A DNA stretch of 37,359 nt. Origin: an uncultured Tissierella sp. GTDB lineage: Bacteria; Bacillota; Clostridia; Tissierellales; Tissierellaceae. The translations under genes were made by a program, and so were the position numbers. This document shows, piece after piece, positions 7,774-15,645 of the stretch (within the stretch, counting starts at the first letter, position 1; the number at the start of each line of letters is the position of its first letter). Below the pieces are notes generated by a model. It made no database searches. It saw nothing but the letters and a program-made list of their open reading frames with translations, and was not told the DNA's origin. The stretch is from contig CAZXWU010000001.1 of assembly GCA_964644495.1 (NCBI GenBank), positions 1 to 37,359 on the forward strand, given 5' to 3'.

Positions 7774-8949
7774 TTAGAAGCTTTTGAAAGTAATTTCTAC
7801 ATTCATTTCCTGACCATCTCTGATGACAAGAAGATTTGCAGAATCTCCTACCCTATAATTGTATAGCATCTTTCTTAGACTAACCATTGATTCTACAGCT
7901 TGGTTATCAATTTGAGTAATGACGTCTAGGGACTTGAGTCCTGCCTCTGCTGCCGCAGAATCTGGTATAACCTCTAGTACCACTACCCCATTATTTATAT
8001 TAAGATTTATGCCTGCTTTCCGCTGAAAAACCTCAACTGGTTCACCTGTAAACCCTATATATACATTGTTAAACTGGCCTTCTTGGATTACTTCTTCTAC
8101 TATTGGTCTAGCTAAGTTTATAGGAATTGCAAATCCTAACCCTTCTCCTGTTTGCATCTTTGCTGTATTTATCCCAATTACTTGACCTAAATTATTTAAT
8201 AATGGTCCACCACTATTCCCTGGATTGATTGACGCGTCTGTCTGAATCAGGTCTTCTATTACATTATATTGATCAATTCTTATGGACCTATGAAGTCCAC
8301 TTATGACACCTGATGTGACTGATCTTTGAAAATCCAATCCTAAAGGATTTCCAATTGCAATAGCTAGTTCTCCTACCTCTAGAAGATCAGAGTCCCCCAT
8401 CTCAGCAGTAGGTAGATTTGATCCTTCTGCCTTCACTACTGCTAAGTCTAGCATCTGGTCGTACCACAGGACTTGGCCCTCCAGAGTTTCTCCATTTTCA
8501 AATAACACATTGATACTACTTGCATTTCCGTCACCAATTACATGGGAATTTGTCAGTATATACCCTCTGCTATCCACTATAACACCTGAGCCCACACCCT
8601 CTTGAGCCCTCTCCCAAATAAAGTCCCTAGTGACTACAACTGTGGTGATACCAACAACTGTATTCATAGTTTTCTTAGCTACTGCTGTTACGGCGTTATA
8701 TTCTTCATTTGGAGTAATTGTAATCTCATTTATAGGCCTATTTCCTCCCCCAATATCTTGATAGATTTCAGGCATTGGTAATATCTTTCCATACAAATAG
8801 CTAGGAGCTATATATGATGAAACTATTCCACCTATAATTGCAGAAATTAGTGCAACAATTATATAAGAAAAATAACCTCTTTTTTTAGGTGGCTTATTGT
8901 AACTATGATAATTATAATCATAGTTACTATAATTATTATTGTTATCCAT
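7774..8949 (-). CDS. HtrA/YycK-family S1C serine protease with an N-terminal TM anchor and a C-terminal PDZ domain
   Basis: Catalytic motifs 'TNSHVIG', 'DLAVVK' and 'GNSGGPLLN'. The PDZ-like C-terminus includes 'AAAEAGLKSLDVITQIDNQ'. It is the last gene of the wal operon, as yycK/htrC is in Bacillus. Confidence 0.85.
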   Translation of the reverse strand: MDNNNNYSNYDYNYHSYNKPPKKRGYFSYIIVALISAIIGGIVSSYIAPSYLYGKILPMPEIYQDIGGGNRPINEITITPNEEYNAVTAVAKKTMNTVVGITTVVVTRDFIWERAQEGVGSGVIVDSRGYILTNSHVIGDGNASSINVLFENGETLEGQVLWYDQMLDLAVVKAEGSNLPTAEMGDSDLLEVGELAIAIGNPLGLDFQRSVTSGVISGLHRSIRIDQYNVIEDLIQTDASINPGNSGGPLLNNLGQVIGINTAKMQTGEGLGFAIPINLARPIVEEVIQEGQFNNVYIGFTGEPVEVFQRKAGINLNINNGVVVLEVIPDSAAAEAGLKSLDVITQIDNQAVESMVSLRKMLYNYRVGDSANLLVIRDGQEMNVEITFKSF

Positions 8950-8967
8950 TGCATTACCCCCAAAAGT

Positions 8968-9768
8968 TTACTTTGCTAAATCAAAGACTTCTGTAGCACG
9001 ATTTCTATATGACAAGCCTAATACTATATCCTTGTCTATATCTATACCTTTCTTAATTATGCTTTCCTTTACAGTTCTTAAAGCCAAATCCGGGATATTA
9101 TTATCCTGGCTTAAATGACCTAATATAACAATTTCTCCTCTACCACTTAATACATCACCTAATATTCTGCCACAATCATCATTTGATAAATGACCCCTTG
9201 TACTCAATATTCTCTGTTTTAAAGGCCAAGGATAGCTTCCCTCCTTCAACATATTAATATCATGATTTGATTCTAATAAATAAAGGTCGGAATCTTTGAT
9301 TTCATTTATTATATTATCATTTACCCATCCTGTATCAGTAATTATACTTATTTTTTTATTTTTATAATAAATTATATAGCCCACCGGCTCTACTGCATCA
9401 TGAAATATCCCTATTGGATAAATTGTCATATCCCTAAATTCAAAATCCATTCCCGTATTAAATACCTTTATGTTTTCTTCTTTTATCTTACCTATGGACT
9501 TTTCCATGGCCAGCCATGTATCTGCGTTAGCATAAATAGGTATATCAAATCTTCTTGATAATATACCCACTCCTTTAGTATGATCAATATGCTCATGAGT
9601 AACAAATATTGCATCTAAAGTGTTTGGTTCAACCCCTATGGACGATAGTAGTCCTTGAACAGTCTTCCCACTAAATCCAGCATCTATTAAAATTTTTGAT
9701 TCCTTAGTTTCTATATATTGACAATTCCCACTACTGCCACTTGATAGTGAACAAAATTTGATTTCCAT
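8968..9768 (-). CDS. walJ: MBL-fold hydrolase YycJ/WalJ
   Basis: 'MEIKFCSLSSGSSGNCQYIE...ILIDAGFSGK...THEHIDH'. Start moved to the ATG 7 nt after GGGGGA. Operon position matches yycJ. Confidence 0.85.
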   Translation of the reverse strand: MEIKFCSLSSGSSGNCQYIETKESKILIDAGFSGKTVQGLLSSIGVEPNTLDAIFVTHEHIDHTKGVGILSRRFDIPIYANADTWLAMEKSIGKIKEENIKVFNTGMDFEFRDMTIYPIGIFHDAVEPVGYIIYYKNKKISIITDTGWVNDNIINEIKDSDLYLLESNHDINMLKEGSYPWPLKQRILSTRGHLSNDDCGRILGDVLSGRGEIVILGHLSQDNNIPDLALRTVKESIIKKGIDIDKDIVLGLSYRNRATEVFDLAK

Positions 9769-9810
9769 TATATTTTCCCCCATTTTTATATGACTATTAT
9801 ATTATAGCAT

Positions 9811-9853
9811 AAAAAAAGAGACTACTTGACAAGGGTCAGTTCACTTAGTCCCC
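9811..9853 (-). terminator. putative internal terminator/attenuator between yycI and walJ
   Basis: On the minus strand, the imperfect hairpin ggggactaagtgaacTGACccttGTCAagtagtctc is followed by TTTTTTT (A-run 9811-9817 on the plus strand). Confidence 0.45.
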
Positions 9854-9854
9854 T

Positions 9855-10706
9855 TTAATAATTATCAATAAATACCTTATAGCCATCTTCAAATTGTATC
9901 CGCCAAGCTGGTATAGATCTTCCCTGCTTTGCATCTAATGGATCTTGAATATAGTCATGTTTTTCTGGATCAAAATAGTAAGCCAATGATATATCTTGAA
10001 TTGTCTTACCATAGACTTGATTCATACTCAATAATCCTAGTATTGATTTTGGAGCACTACTAATAAAGATAGGTACTTCCCCTTCTTCTATTACATTCAA
10101 CCATAGCCGTTCAAATTTTCTTATACCTGTATTATCTAGTTGAATATTTGTAAAGGCTGATTCTAAAAATTTTTCATTATATACCTTTGAAAACTGTATA
10201 GAATAACTTTCCTCGGATTTTCTTATATATGATAATTTCATATCGCTTATATCATATTTTAAGCTTGTCAAATAATCCCTAGCCATAGCTATGGCATCAT
10301 CATTGGAATTTAATGAATAATCTCCATCTAAACCATTAGCTTCATATATAATATATTTCTCATTTAATGTGGTTAATCTTTCATTTCCATCTTCATTTTG
10401 TATTTCCACTAGCCCCTGATCTCTAATGGATACTTTTCCACTATCCTCAAAGAATCTTTCGTTTAGTTCTGATGTTTTAAATGTCTCATACTCTACTACT
10501 AAACTTGTTAGGCTTGGAATATCTCTTGGTACCTCGGTGGCAACTAATATATCTTTGTTGTTCAAAAGTCTAATGGAATCTTCTAAGAAGTCCTCACTAA
10601 CAGTGGTCTCTATATCTTGGTTAGCATTAAAAACAGCTATACCAAGTATGATATTTACCACTATTAAGGATACTATTAAAATTGTTTTTGCCTTAGACCA
10701 ATCCAT
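9855..10706 (-). CDS. yycI: two-component system regulatory protein YycI
   Basis: The N-terminus 'MDWSKAKTILIVSLIVVNIILG' resembles B. subtilis YycI. About 283 aa with a single TM helix. Operon position fits. Start at the ATG after AGGTGA. Confidence 0.7.
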   Translation of the reverse strand: MDWSKAKTILIVSLIVVNIILGIAVFNANQDIETTVSEDFLEDSIRLLNNKDILVATEVPRDIPSLTSLVVEYETFKTSELNERFFEDSGKVSIRDQGLVEIQNEDGNERLTTLNEKYIIYEANGLDGDYSLNSNDDAIAMARDYLTSLKYDISDMKLSYIRKSEESYSIQFSKVYNEKFLESAFTNIQLDNTGIRKFERLWLNVIEEGEVPIFISSAPKSILGLLSMNQVYGKTIQDISLAYYFDPEKHDYIQDPLDAKQGRSIPAWRIQFEDGYKVFIDNY

Positions 10707-10718
10707 CTTTATCACCTA

Positions 10719-12140
10719 TTATCTTTCATAGACTAAAATACCATTGTTTGCATCTATTGCATAGGTCTTGCCCATGAATTTAATTGCCCATACAGGAATT
10801 AATTTTTCATCCTCTTCCTTCAAACATGGATCATAATAGCCAAGTGTTATATCATCAATAGATCCTAATACCTTATCTACAATATCATCTACCGACTGTC
10901 CACTTTCTATATTATGATTTCTTAAGTATAAGCCTTCAAAGAAATCATAATTTATATCAAATACATCTATGGCTGATAATATTTCGTGGTTTTCAACAGT
11001 CATTCGTGGAATTTTATTCATATCTTTTCTAGCATAATATTTGTAGCTTCTTACATGTTCGTTGAATACTTCAATAGTCACATATTCTGCAATATCCATA
11101 TTACCCAATACAACAGGTATCCCCCGCACCCTATATCTAAAGTATAATCTATATCCTACATTATTATCTTGTTCAATTTCTTGAATTCTAGCTAAGTACA
11201 TTCCTTTTTGGACTTCTGCTTTTTCTGATAGGAATTCCGCTGCAGTAGATAGGCTCAATAATAGGTTGCTTTCAGTAACCCTATTTTCTAAGGCATGGAA
11301 GTATTCTATGACACCATTTGTATTAAGTTTTAATACTTGTTGGTTGTTTACATAGATGGTAGACCCATTATTTTCAACAATCTCTCTTATATAGTCAATA
11401 TCTACATCAAAAAACCTTTCCGCCAATTGTTCTTTTTCTTTAGAACTATATGAAGTTATTTCATTAGCAACATAAATCTCTGGAAGTGTATATTTGATTT
11501 CAACAGGAATAAATATATCGCTTTTTACACCGTATTCAGGCATTGAGTAATAGCGAGTATATTCTGCAGTTTCTACAATCTCATCTATCTCATCTTTTAA
11601 TAAGCTGGTATCTATGTTATTTGCTAGGACAGCTAAATGTTTATCCCCTTTTGAGAAAACAAAAAAAGGATTATTATTACCTAAATAGACATAAACACTT
11701 TCAATATTAGGCATAATATCCACTATATTATTTGGGTCCTTAATATCCCAAGCTCTAGTTAAAATATAGGTATTGACTTCACTTGAAAAAGAAAAGACAA
11801 GAGACTTATCATTATGGTAGCTTAGATATTCTTCATTTGAAATTTCCCTTATTTCTATATCCTTTGAACTAAGTATATCTATTAAATTATCTCTAGATTT
11901 TAGCCACATACCATATTTACTATCATCATACATAATAGTATGGTTTTTCTCGCCAAAATTTAATAGGTATTTATTTGGAACAATCATATCTGATAATACA
12001 TAGGAATTATATTCATCATGGCTAAGATTGCTGGCAAATTTAAATAGTTGTTCTGAAGGTTGCAGCCATATATTTTTAGCTAATATGACACTAATACTCA
12101 CCAAGGATATCAGTAGAAAAGTTTTGAACCTTTCTTTCAT
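10719..12140 (-). CDS. yycH: two-component system activity regulator YycH
   Basis: 473 aa with the N-terminal TM 'FKTFLLISLVSISVILAKNIW'. Size and position between walK and yycI match YycH. Confidence 0.65.
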   Translation of the reverse strand: MKERFKTFLLISLVSISVILAKNIWLQPSEQLFKFASNLSHDEYNSYVLSDMIVPNKYLLNFGEKNHTIMYDDSKYGMWLKSRDNLIDILSSKDIEIREISNEEYLSYHNDKSLVFSFSSEVNTYILTRAWDIKDPNNIVDIMPNIESVYVYLGNNNPFFVFSKGDKHLAVLANNIDTSLLKDEIDEIVETAEYTRYYSMPEYGVKSDIFIPVEIKYTLPEIYVANEITSYSSKEKEQLAERFFDVDIDYIREIVENNGSTIYVNNQQVLKLNTNGVIEYFHALENRVTESNLLLSLSTAAEFLSEKAEVQKGMYLARIQEIEQDNNVGYRLYFRYRVRGIPVVLGNMDIAEYVTIEVFNEHVRSYKYYARKDMNKIPRMTVENHEILSAIDVFDINYDFFEGLYLRNHNIESGQSVDDIVDKVLGSIDDITLGYYDPCLKEEDEKLIPVWAIKFMGKTYAIDANNGILVYER

Positions 12141-12169
12141 TTAAATCATCCTCCTATCATTGGCAAGTA

Positions 12170-12661
12170 TTAATTGGCAAAATTCGTTATTCCACTAAAT
12201 CTAATTTCTCTTGAGTTAATAATATTAGATCTCGCAATGGTTTCATCATAGACAAGTATGATGTATTCCATAGGTAATACACCCTCAACACCAAAATCTA
12301 TAACAATTTTATTTATTCCCATAACCAAATCTATTTGTTTTTGAAATAAGCCCATGTTTCCAGAAGTTACTGTTTCTGAAAATATTTCTATATAGTCATC
12401 TTCAGAAGGTAGACTCTCTAAATTGAAATTCTTCTTTGTAAGATCTGTGGTCCCATAAACATCAATGGTAACATCTGTAGCTGTAGGAGCCTTTCCATTT
12501 ATTAAATAAACCCTATCTGTTATAGAAAATGAATTCTTGCTAGGATTTAATACTTCGTATTTACTTGAATCCACTTGTGTGGCATATACTGTATCATTTA
12601 AAACATTAATGCTTATGAAGCATAGTGCAATTACTAAACAAAGTAAAATTTTTCTGAACAT
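12170..12661 (-). CDS. hypothetical secreted protein (signal peptide plus a probable Ig-like beta-sandwich) inserted between walK and yycH
   Basis: 163 aa with the signal peptide 'MFRKILLCLVIALCFISINVLNDTVYA'. Strong RBS 'aaggaggtattaaaATG'. No family recognised. Confidence 0.6.
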   Translation of the reverse strand: MFRKILLCLVIALCFISINVLNDTVYATQVDSSKYEVLNPSKNSFSITDRVYLINGKAPTATDVTIDVYGTTDLTKKNFNLESLPSEDDYIEIFSETVTSGNMGLFQKQIDLVMGINKIVIDFGVEGVLPMEYIILVYDETIARSNIINSREIRFSGITNFAN

Positions 12662-12713
12662 TTTAATACCTCCTTACTACATAATATATCTGATACAATT
12701 ATATAATAGTTAT

Positions 12714-12730
12714 GTTACAAACATATTACA
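12714..12730 (-). promoter_or_regulatory. consensus WalR box (TGTAAT-N5-TGTAAC) upstream of the 12170-12661 ORF
   Basis: On the minus strand, TGTAATatgttTGTAAC fits TGT[AT]A[ACT]-N5-TGT[AT]A[ACT] exactly. It ends 10 nt upstream of a TATAAT (12698-12703, minus strand). Confidence 0.55.
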
Positions 12731-12747
12731 GCCTAGTTAAGAATAAG

Positions 12748-14535
12748 TTACACTATACGGATAGGTATCTTTATACTTATTTCTGTGCCTTTATTTAGGC
12801 CGCTAGATAGACTTAAACTCCCATTATGTGCCTCTACTATCTCTTTGGCAATCGACAGGCCTAATCCTGTTCCACCAAGCTCTCTACTACGTCCTTTTTC
12901 TACTCGATAAAACCTTTCAAATATCCTTTCTTGATCCTCTTCAGATATACCTATTCCACTATCCTTTATATCCATTATTACATGCTCATTATTTTTATAT
13001 GCAGTTACATCTATATATCCATTTTCCTCCGTATACTTATTTGCATTGGATAATAAGTTTAATATTACCTGTTCTATACCATCTTTATCCCCTGTAATTT
13101 TTGGTAAATTATCTTCAATACTTATATTTATAGATTGTTTTTTCTCTTTAAATGATAAATCTAATTTCATGATTGCTTCATTTGTTATATCTTTTACAGA
13201 TACATCTACCATCTTCCACTTGGTTTTTTTATAGTCTAAGTTGGATAACTGTAGTAAATCCCTGACAAGTCTTGTCATTCTATCACATTCTGAATCTATT
13301 ACACTTAAGAATTTCCTGCTAGTATCTGTATCCAACTCTGAATCCATTAGGGTTTCAGTATAGCTTTTAATGGTTGTAATTGGAGTTTTTAGCTCATGGG
13401 ACACATTTGCAACGAATTCTTTTCTTATATTATCTAGTTTATGCTCAGTGGTTATATCTTGAAACACAATAATTAATCCACCAATATTATCTTCTTCGTT
13501 TTTAAAGGGAGCGTGTTTTACCTTGTAAAATTCATTACCAAAGCCAATAAGCTCATCACCTTCTAAATCTTGGAAATTATCATAATCTATATTTCCCATG
13601 TTTATATTATTCAAATCGAAGGGCTTATCCATGTCCTCTTCCTTTAGATGCAAAATATCCATAGCTATTGGATTAGCATGGATGATATTGTTATCAGTAT
13701 CAATTGCAATAAGGCCTTCTGTCATATATTTAAAAATAGTATCTAGCTTACTTCTTTCTATATCCATCTCATATAGGGTAGTTTTAAGTTTAGAGGTAAG
13801 ATGGTTGAACATACTAGCCAATTGACCTATTTCATCATTCGATTTTACCTCAACTGATTGATTGAAGTCTCCCTTGGCCATCAACTCTGCCTTTTTTGTT
13901 ACATCCCGTATAGGTACAGTTATACTGCTAGCAATTAAGAAACCTAGCAGTGCTGTAATTGATAGGGCTAATACTGTTGCATGGGTCATAATTGTTTTGG
14001 ATTCATCTACAGTATTGTAAACACCTGTTAGATCAGATGTCATATAGAGTATGCCTTTTACCCTACCTAATTCCGATATAACTGGATATACAAAATGCTT
14101 ATTGAGTCTATCTTGGTTTAATTCCTTTATAACGGCATCACCTGGTTGACCATTAAAAGCATCTAGTATTAGCTCTGGGTCCAGATATTGATATGATAGA
14201 GCATTTTGGCCAATTACATTTGCACTTCTCTTTGAAGTAGATGCTATTATAGTAGGTACTTCTTCATCATGTATTACGTATAAGGATTCTGTTGACCCTA
14301 TTCTCCATTCATCTAAATAATCTTGAATCTCTTCCCTATATTGATACCAATCATCTGATCCTATGTAACTAGAAGAACCTTCTATTGTTACTATATATTG
14401 TTCCATATTATTGCTTATATTTGATATTTGTTGTTCTTCTAATCTATCTATAATAAATAAGCCAACTATAACCATGGCTATAAAAACAAGCAAAACATAT
14501 ACTACAATAAATTTCCATTTAATACTGGAAAACAT
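12748..14535 (-). CDS. walK: cell-wall homeostasis sensor histidine kinase WalK (YycG)
   Basis: 595 aa: two TM helices flanking an extracytoplasmic domain, then HAMP, PAS, the H-box 'FVANVSHELKTPITTIKSY' and an HATPase domain 'GGTGLGLSIAKEIVEAHNG'. Confidence 0.85.
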   Translation of the reverse strand: MFSSIKWKFIVVYVLLVFIAMVIVGLFIIDRLEEQQISNISNNMEQYIVTIEGSSSYIGSDDWYQYREEIQDYLDEWRIGSTESLYVIHDEEVPTIIASTSKRSANVIGQNALSYQYLDPELILDAFNGQPGDAVIKELNQDRLNKHFVYPVISELGRVKGILYMTSDLTGVYNTVDESKTIMTHATVLALSITALLGFLIASSITVPIRDVTKKAELMAKGDFNQSVEVKSNDEIGQLASMFNHLTSKLKTTLYEMDIERSKLDTIFKYMTEGLIAIDTDNNIIHANPIAMDILHLKEEDMDKPFDLNNINMGNIDYDNFQDLEGDELIGFGNEFYKVKHAPFKNEEDNIGGLIIVFQDITTEHKLDNIRKEFVANVSHELKTPITTIKSYTETLMDSELDTDTSRKFLSVIDSECDRMTRLVRDLLQLSNLDYKKTKWKMVDVSVKDITNEAIMKLDLSFKEKKQSINISIEDNLPKITGDKDGIEQVILNLLSNANKYTEENGYIDVTAYKNNEHVIMDIKDSGIGISEEDQERIFERFYRVEKGRSRELGGTGLGLSIAKEIVEAHNGSLSLSSGLNKGTEISIKIPIRIV

Positions 14536-14537
14536 AA

Positions 14538-15227
14538 CTAGCCCCTCCTGAAATAGTAGCCTACTCCCCTTTTAGTTAGTATATACTTAAATTCTCCATC
14601 ATTATCTTCGATTTTTTCTCTAAGTCTTCTTACAGTCACATCAACTGTTCTTATATCTCCATAATACTCATATCCCCATACTTCTTCAAGTAGTTGTTCT
14701 CTAGAGAAAACTTGATTAGAACTTGATGCCAAAAATTTTAGTAGCTCGTACTCCCTTAGAGTAAGTTCTATGACCTGTCCGTCTTTTTTAACTTCATATT
14801 TATTTAGGTCAATTTCAATATTATCTGAAACTATTAGCTCATTTTCTTCTTCTACATTCGAATAGTTTACTCTTCTTATATTAGACTTGACTCTTGCCAT
14901 AAGTTCTCTCATACTAAATGGCTTGACTACATAATCATCTGCACCAAGCTCTAATCCCAATACCTTGTCCACTTCCTCTTCCTTGGCAGTGAGCATTATA
15001 ACCGGTAGTTGGTGTTTTAATCTGATCTCTTTAAGGACTTGGAAACCGTCCTTTTTAGGCATCATTATATCCAATATGACAAGATCAGGATTCCATTTAT
15101 GGACTTTATCTATACCCTCTTGTCCATCATTTGCAGTTTGGGCAATATAACCTTCCTTTTCCAAATTAAACTTTATTATGTCAGCAATTTGCTTTTCATC
15201 ATCTATTACTAGAACTTTGTTACTCAT
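14538..15227 (-). CDS. walR: OmpR-family response regulator WalR (YycF)
   Basis: 'KVLVIDDEKQIADIIKFNLEKEGY', receiver Asp 'LVILDIMMP', and the winged-helix C-terminus 'LTKRGVGYYF'. Lies 2 nt upstream of walK. Confidence 0.9.
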   Translation of the reverse strand: MSNKVLVIDDEKQIADIIKFNLEKEGYIAQTANDGQEGIDKVHKWNPDLVILDIMMPKKDGFQVLKEIRLKHQLPVIMLTAKEEEVDKVLGLELGADDYVVKPFSMRELMARVKSNIRRVNYSNVEEENELIVSDNIEIDLNKYEVKKDGQVIELTLREYELLKFLASSSNQVFSREQLLEEVWGYEYYGDIRTVDVTVRRLREKIEDNDGEFKYILTKRGVGYYFRRG

Positions 15228-15255
15228 ATAATCACTCCATCTTTATTCTAGTTAA

Positions 15256-15284
15256 ATTATCTTACAATTTAAGATTAATGTCAA
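15256..15284 (-). promoter_or_regulatory. sigmaA-type promoter of the wal operon
   Basis: On the minus strand, TTGACA (15279-15284), a 17-nt spacer, then GATAAT (15256-15261). Confidence 0.6.
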
Positions 15285-15442
15285 TTGATATTACTTCCAT
15301 ATTGGTTTTTAAAGTCTGCACATTCGTGCCTTCAGTCTATCCTCCTTTGTATTTGTCCTTATTTATATTGTATGGGATATTTCACTGGGTTTCAATTTTT
15401 GGTCTTCCGCCACTTTATTTTACAACTTGCCTAAAATTTTTA

Positions 15443-15471
15443 TTGATTTTAATTTTTCTATAGGATATAAT
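15443..15471 (+). promoter_or_regulatory. sigmaA-type promoter of the riboswitch/ATPase transcript
   Basis: TTGATT (15443-15448), a 17-nt spacer, then TATAAT (15466-15471). Confidence 0.7.
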
Positions 15472-15481
15472 AAGTGTACAT

Positions 15482-15560
15482 AAGGGGAGTAGCTTATAAA
15501 TTGTTAGCCGTCAATACGGGAAACCCGGTTAACTACCTTTTAAAGGAAGCAAGACCTTTG
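15482..15560 (+). promoter_or_regulatory. yybP-ykoY (Mn2+) riboswitch aptamer
   Basis: Contains the conserved 'AAGGGGAGUAGC' 5' element, an internal GGGAAACCC hairpin, and the 3' element 'AGCAAGACCUUU'. It aligns well with the L. lactis/B. subtilis yybP-ykoY sequences as I remember them. Confidence 0.75.
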
Positions 15561-15592
15561 TTTGAAAATATATCAAACAAAGGTCTTTTTTG
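15551..15592 (+). terminator. riboswitch expression-platform terminator
   Basis: Perfect 14-bp stem aagacctttgtttg (15551-15564) / caaacaaaggtctt (15574-15587) followed by a T-run. The left arm overlaps the 3' strand of the aptamer closing helix. Confidence 0.8.
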
Positions 15593-15645
15593 TTTGTATT
15601 TTTTCAGTTTGGGGATATTATAAATACACAAGGAGGACTGAGTTT

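Noticed and set aside
15562-15645. TTG-initiated 28-aa extension of the P-type ATPase ORF
   Set aside because: It starts inside the riboswitch terminator stem and has no RBS. The ATG at 15646 follows AAGGAGG, and the sequence from there (MDWYKLNKEELL) is a typical ATPase N-terminus.
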